NCBI GenBank assembly: GCA_034440375.1
Contig: JAWXBZ010000252.1
Span: 1-36,755, forward strand
Origin: Candidatus Eiseniibacteriota bacterium
GTDB lineage: Bacteria; Eisenbacteria; RBG-16-71-46; JABDJR01; JAWXBZ01
Reading direction: 5' to 3'
DNA length: 36,755 bases
The notes beneath the pieces were generated by a model. It searched no databases. It saw nothing but the letters and a program-made list of their open reading frames with translations, and was not told the DNA's origin. Positions 33,431 through 36,755 of the stretch are shown piece after piece; within the stretch, counting starts at the first letter, position 1, and each line of letters starts with the position of its first letter. The position numbers and the translations under genes were made by a program.

Positions 33431-34653
33431 CGGGTCTGGATGGAGTCGATCCGGCGCGACCTGGTGAATCCGGCCCTGCTGACATCCGGCCTGATACGCT
33501 GGCCGTTCACGGCGCCGACTTTCACGATACGCACGATCGGGCCCACGTGCCCCCCATCCACCTGACGACGGTCTTTCAATTCGAGTCGGTGGAAGACATG
33601 GCAGCGACCTTCCGGGGCGAGCGCCCCGGCTGGATCTACACACGTTACGGAAACCCGACGCTTGCTCTCGTGGAACGCCACCTGGCCGCACTTGAAGGGG
33701 CGGAGGCCGCGCTGGCCGTTTCGTCGGGCATGGCGGCCATCAGTACGCTTATCCTTTCCGAGTTATCGGCAGGTGATCACCTGGTCGCGGCAGCGGACCT
33801 GTACGGAGGCACGCGAAACCTGCTCGACGGTATCGTGCGACGGATGGGAATAACGACAAGCTGGGCCGCCGCCGATGACCCTGCCGCCTTTCGGAATGCC
33901 ATTCGCCCAGGGACGAAGGCCATTTTCGTGGAGACCCCAACCAATCCGACGCTCCGAATTGCCGACCTGACCGCCATCGTTGCGGCGGGGCGGGAAACCT
34001 CAGTGCCGGTCTTCGTCGACAACACCTTCGCCACACCCATCCTGCAAAGGCCGCTCGACTTCGGCGCCACGGCAGTGATCCACTCGGCCACCAAGGCGCT
34101 GGCCGGCCACGATGATGTCACGGCCGGCGTCATCGTCGGCACCCGGGCGCTGGTGGATCGCTGCCGCGAAACGATGAAATGGTTGGGTGGCTGCCTCGAT
34201 CCACACGCCGCCTGGTTGCTCGAGCGCGGCATCAAGACCCTGGGACTCCGCATTGCGCGTCAGAGCCAGAATGCGCTGGTGCTGGCCCGCTGGCTCGAAC
34301 AGCACCCCGCCGTTCGATCCGTCAACTACCCGGGACTGGCCACCCACTCGGCCCACGATCTGGCCGCGCGCCAGATGCGTGGCTTTGGAGGGATCCTGGC
34401 GTTCGATCTTGCCGGCGGTGAACCGGCGGTGCGGCACTGGGCGGAAGGCCTGTCGTTGATTCGGCTGGCGCCGACACTGGGGGGCGTCGAGACGATTGCC
34501 CTGATTCCAGCTGTCTCTTCGCACATCCGCCTGTCTTCGGACGAACGGCTGGCGGCCGGCATATCCGACGGTACCATCCGCATCTCCTGCGGCATCGAGG
34601 ACCCGGCCGATTTGATCAAGGATCTCGATCGGGCTCTCGGTCGTCACGACTGA
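33427..34653 (+). CDS. Cys/Met metabolism PLP-dependent enzyme (cystathionine gamma-lyase/synthase or methionine gamma-lyase family)
   Basis: YTRYGNPT, SSGMAAI, LYGGT, ETPTNP, VDNTFATP, HSATK..AGH (PLP lysine), LGGVET, IRISCGIED. Confidence 0.93.
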   Translation: MTGLDGVDPARPGESGPADIRPDTLAVHGADFHDTHDRAHVPPIHLTTVFQFESVEDMAATFRGERPGWIYTRYGNPTLALVERHLAALEGAEAALAVSSGMAAISTLILSELSAGDHLVAAADLYGGTRNLLDGIVRRMGITTSWAAADDPAAFRNAIRPGTKAIFVETPTNPTLRIADLTAIVAAGRETSVPVFVDNTFATPILQRPLDFGATAVIHSATKALAGHDDVTAGVIVGTRALVDRCRETMKWLGGCLDPHAAWLLERGIKTLGLRIARQSQNALVLARWLEQHPAVRSVNYPGLATHSAHDLAARQMRGFGGILAFDLAGGEPAVRHWAEGLSLIRLAPTLGGVETIALIPAVSSHIRLSSDERLAAGISDGTIRISCGIEDPADLIKDLDRALGRHD

Positions 34654-34771
34654 CGAGTTCTCGTCAAATTTTGTCGGGTTGTCATTGGGCCAGTGGATAC
34701 CGGCGAATCATAACCTCGAAATTCATTTGAGTTAGAGCGACACTTTCTTGACCCCGGCTGCTTTCCAGAGA

Positions 34772-34787
34772 TGGCATGACCATTGCA
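34772..34787 (+). promoter_or_regulatory. sigma54 (-24/-12) promoter
   Basis: TGGCATGACCATTGCA matches TGGCACG-N4-TTGCW with one mismatch and exact GG/GC spacing; predicted +1 near G34798. Confidence 0.75.
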
Positions 34788-34797
34788 ATTCATCATT

Positions 34798-35152
34798 GTC
34801 GAAGGTGGGAATGGGGGCTCACCTGGAGGCGGGCACGCGACCGCTTCCAATCCGGCTCGGCCCGGGCGCGATCCCGGGCCGAGCCGAGGTTTTGATGGCC
34901 GGACGACAACGCGCGCGTTTCACCGTGGCGCCCCGCGCACGACAACAAGACGGCAATCTCGGCAAGACCATGAATTTCCGATTGGTCGGGGTGGTCGAAG
35001 AGCACCTAGGGGACGGGGGGTGCTCTTCGCGTGGGCGGATGACAGCCGATGGGAACCACGCCCGGCCAATCGGAACCTGTTCTGGCGAACCGGCCTGCCG
35101 CGGCTCCCCTTCGAGGAGCCCCGCGCTCCCCGGCCGGTTCGCCTCTTCTATT
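34798..35152 (+). ncRNA. Candidate ~355-nt highly structured non-coding RNA of unrecognised family
   Basis: Six consecutive helical domains, several with plus-strand G-U pairs, running from the predicted +1 to a terminal 12-bp stem followed by TCTTCTATT. No credible ORF with an RBS. Confidence 0.65.
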
Positions 35153-35196
35153 GAATCAGGTGACGAGCCCACCCGCCGCGACGGGCGTAAGTCCCT

Positions 35197-36755
35197 TCAT
35201 CGCTCCTCGCCCGGCGCGTAGAGCGCGTCTATCAACGCGCGATATCGGGCTTCCAACTCGCGCCGCTTCACCTTGAGCGTCGGCGTCAAGTCGCCATCGG
35301 CCACGGTCAGTTCGCGGTCGATCAGACCGATTCGCTTGATCGTCTCGAACGGCGCCAGATCCTTGTTGACCTGCTCGACACGCGTCATCAGAAAGGCCCT
35401 GACGCGGGGATCGCGACTCAGGGCAATCGGATCGACGGCTCCGCCCGCGGACGATCCAGTCACGCCGTTCTCCCGCGCCCATCTTGCCACCTGGGTGAAG
35501 TCCGGCGCCAAGAGGGCCACGCAGTAAGGGCGCCGATCACCGAACACCACCACCTCCGAAATGTAGGGATCCTGCTTGAGTCGTCCCTCGATCGGTTGTG
35601 GCGCCACGTTCTTGCCACCGGCGGTAACAATCAGGTCTTTTTTTCGATCGGTGATGGTGAGAAAACCGTCCGGATCAAGCCGGCCGATGTCGCCGGTGTG
35701 GAACCACCCGCCGCCCATGACGGCCGCCGTCCCCTCCGGGTCGTTGGCATAGCCGGCCATGACGCCGGCGCCCCGAACCAGGATCTCGCCGTCCGGAGCA
35801 GTTGTGACCTCGACTCCCGGGATCGGCTGGCCTACGGTACCGATGCGAATGTTGTCGAGTCGGTTGACACTGATGACAGGCGACGTCTCCGTCAGCCCGT
35901 ACCCCTCCAGGATCAAGACTCCGGCCGCATGGAAGAAGATGGCGATTTCGGCGGACAATGGCGCTCCTCCCGACACCATGAAGCGGATACGGCCGCCAAG
36001 TCGCGCCTTGATTTTGGAGAACACCAGCATCGACGCGACGCGGGCCTGCCACGCCAGCATCAACGGCACGGGACGATGCGCCAGGAGTCGTTCACTTCGA
36101 CGGCGCCCGACCCCCACGGCCCAATGGAAAAGTGCCCGACGCAGCGGCGGCGCCTCGCGCACTGTTTCGTGCACGCGGGCGTGCATCTTTTCGTAAAGAC
36201 GCGGAACGCTGAATAATACCGTCGGCCGGACCTCGACAAGATTGTCGGAAACCGTCTCCATTGACCCGGCATACGCGATCGTGACGCCGGCATCCATCAT
36301 CGTGTAGTGCCCCGCCATCCGCTCGAAAATGTGACAAAGGGGCAGAAACGACAGGCAGCGGTCGGTCGGCCCAACCGACAAGACTGCCCGTACGGCATGG
36401 ACGTTTGACACGATGTTCCCGTGTGTCAACATGACGCCCTTGGGCCGCCCGGTGGTGCCGGAGGTGTAGATGATGCTGGCCAGGTTCGTCGCGGCCACGG
36501 CGTCGCGGCGGCGTTCGGCGGCGTTCGGTTCACGGAGGCGTCGCGCGCGTCCCAATTCCCGGATCCCGTCGAAGGTGTGAACCGGCTTCGGGTCACGGTT
36601 TCCTTCCTCGGTTCCGGCATCGAACTGGACGACTTGGAGGTCTGCCCGCAGACGAGGGCGAATGTCGGCGACGACGGCCATCTGATGGGCATCGGAAACG
36701 AAAACAACGCGCGCCCCGGAATCGGTCAAGATGAATTCGATCTGCGGCGGCGTCA
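35197..36755 (-). CDS. Long-chain fatty-acid--CoA ligase (AMP-binding, FadD/ACSL type), 5' end outside the window
   Basis: IIYTSGTTGRPKGVMLTHGN, LSFLPLCHIFER, EGYGLTET, FHTGDIG, ITDRKKDLI.TAGGKNVAP, LTPTLKVKR. The frame stays open to the window edge. Confidence 0.95.
   Translation of the reverse strand, partial: TPPQIEFILTDSGARVVFVSDAHQMAVVADIRPRLRADLQVVQFDAGTEEGNRDPKPVHTFDGIRELGRARRLREPNAAERRRDAVAATNLASIIYTSGTTGRPKGVMLTHGNIVSNVHAVRAVLSVGPTDRCLSFLPLCHIFERMAGHYTMMDAGVTIAYAGSMETVSDNLVEVRPTVLFSVPRLYEKMHARVHETVREAPPLRRALFHWAVGVGRRRSERLLAHRPVPLMLAWQARVASMLVFSKIKARLGGRIRFMVSGGAPLSAEIAIFFHAAGVLILEGYGLTETSPVISVNRLDNIRIGTVGQPIPGVEVTTAPDGEILVRGAGVMAGYANDPEGTAAVMGGGWFHTGDIGRLDPDGFLTITDRKKDLIVTAGGKNVAPQPIEGRLKQDPYISEVVVFGDRRPYCVALLAPDFTQVARWARENGVTGSSAGGAVDPIALSRDPRVRAFLMTRVEQVNKDLAPFETIKRIGLIDRELTVADGDLTPTLKVKRRELEARYRALIDALYAPGEER

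Noticed and set aside
34798-35152. tmRNA, RNase P RNA, SRP RNA or 6S identity for the structured region
   Set aside because: No tRNA-like acceptor/T arm or tag ORF, no RNase P P4 consensus on either strand, no SRP domain IV motif, and the fold is multi-hairpin rather than a single 6S-like rod. An Rfam search is still required.
34748-35221. ORFs in the 34654-35196 gap (34748..35221, 34783..35154, 39-codon 34776..34895, ATG 34970)
   Set aside because: Most start upstream of or within the sigma54 element, lack an SD, have Arg/Pro/Gly-rich non-protein-like composition and run through very stable helices. A small peptide cannot be fully excluded.

Overview
GC-rich bacterial chromosomal window. 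The FlgD-Ig/T9SS-like C-terminal domains and the C-terminal TTWxxxK motifs suggest an FCB-group candidate lineage such as Eisenbacteria or Latescibacterota; this is inference only. Gene order: tail of an upstream gene; two paralogous Cys-rich secreted DUF11 proteins and a 7-bladed beta-propeller, all with FlgD-Ig/T9SS-like CTDs; DUF2064 transferase; pcnB with a ~300-aa disordered tail; PDZ-only exported protein; TPR protein; dinB-DUF72; pabB/pabC-like; B12-binding HTH regulator; peroxiredoxin-like protein; phoB-phoR-pstCAB-phoU plus a DUF3857 gene (no pstS); mrfAB-like helicase/exonuclease; three paralogous 8-Cys secreted proteins ending in PT(T/S)WSxxKxL; a Cys/Met PLP enzyme; and a partial long-chain acyl-CoA ligase. 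No rRNA, tRNA, CRISPR array or mobile element was recognised. Most notable unexplained structure: (1) a sigma54-type promoter followed by a ~355-nt, almost fully base-paired non-coding region (34772-35152); (2) a shared CTAA-N8-TTAG-type palindrome at the dinB and mrfA promoters, a candidate lineage-specific SOS box; (3) a candidate short C-terminal sorting signal; (4) pabB and pabC in one frame separated by a single TGA; (5) a 3x20-bp repeat over an RBS with a nearby complementary candidate sRNA. All family assignments come from motif recognition by eye, not database searches.
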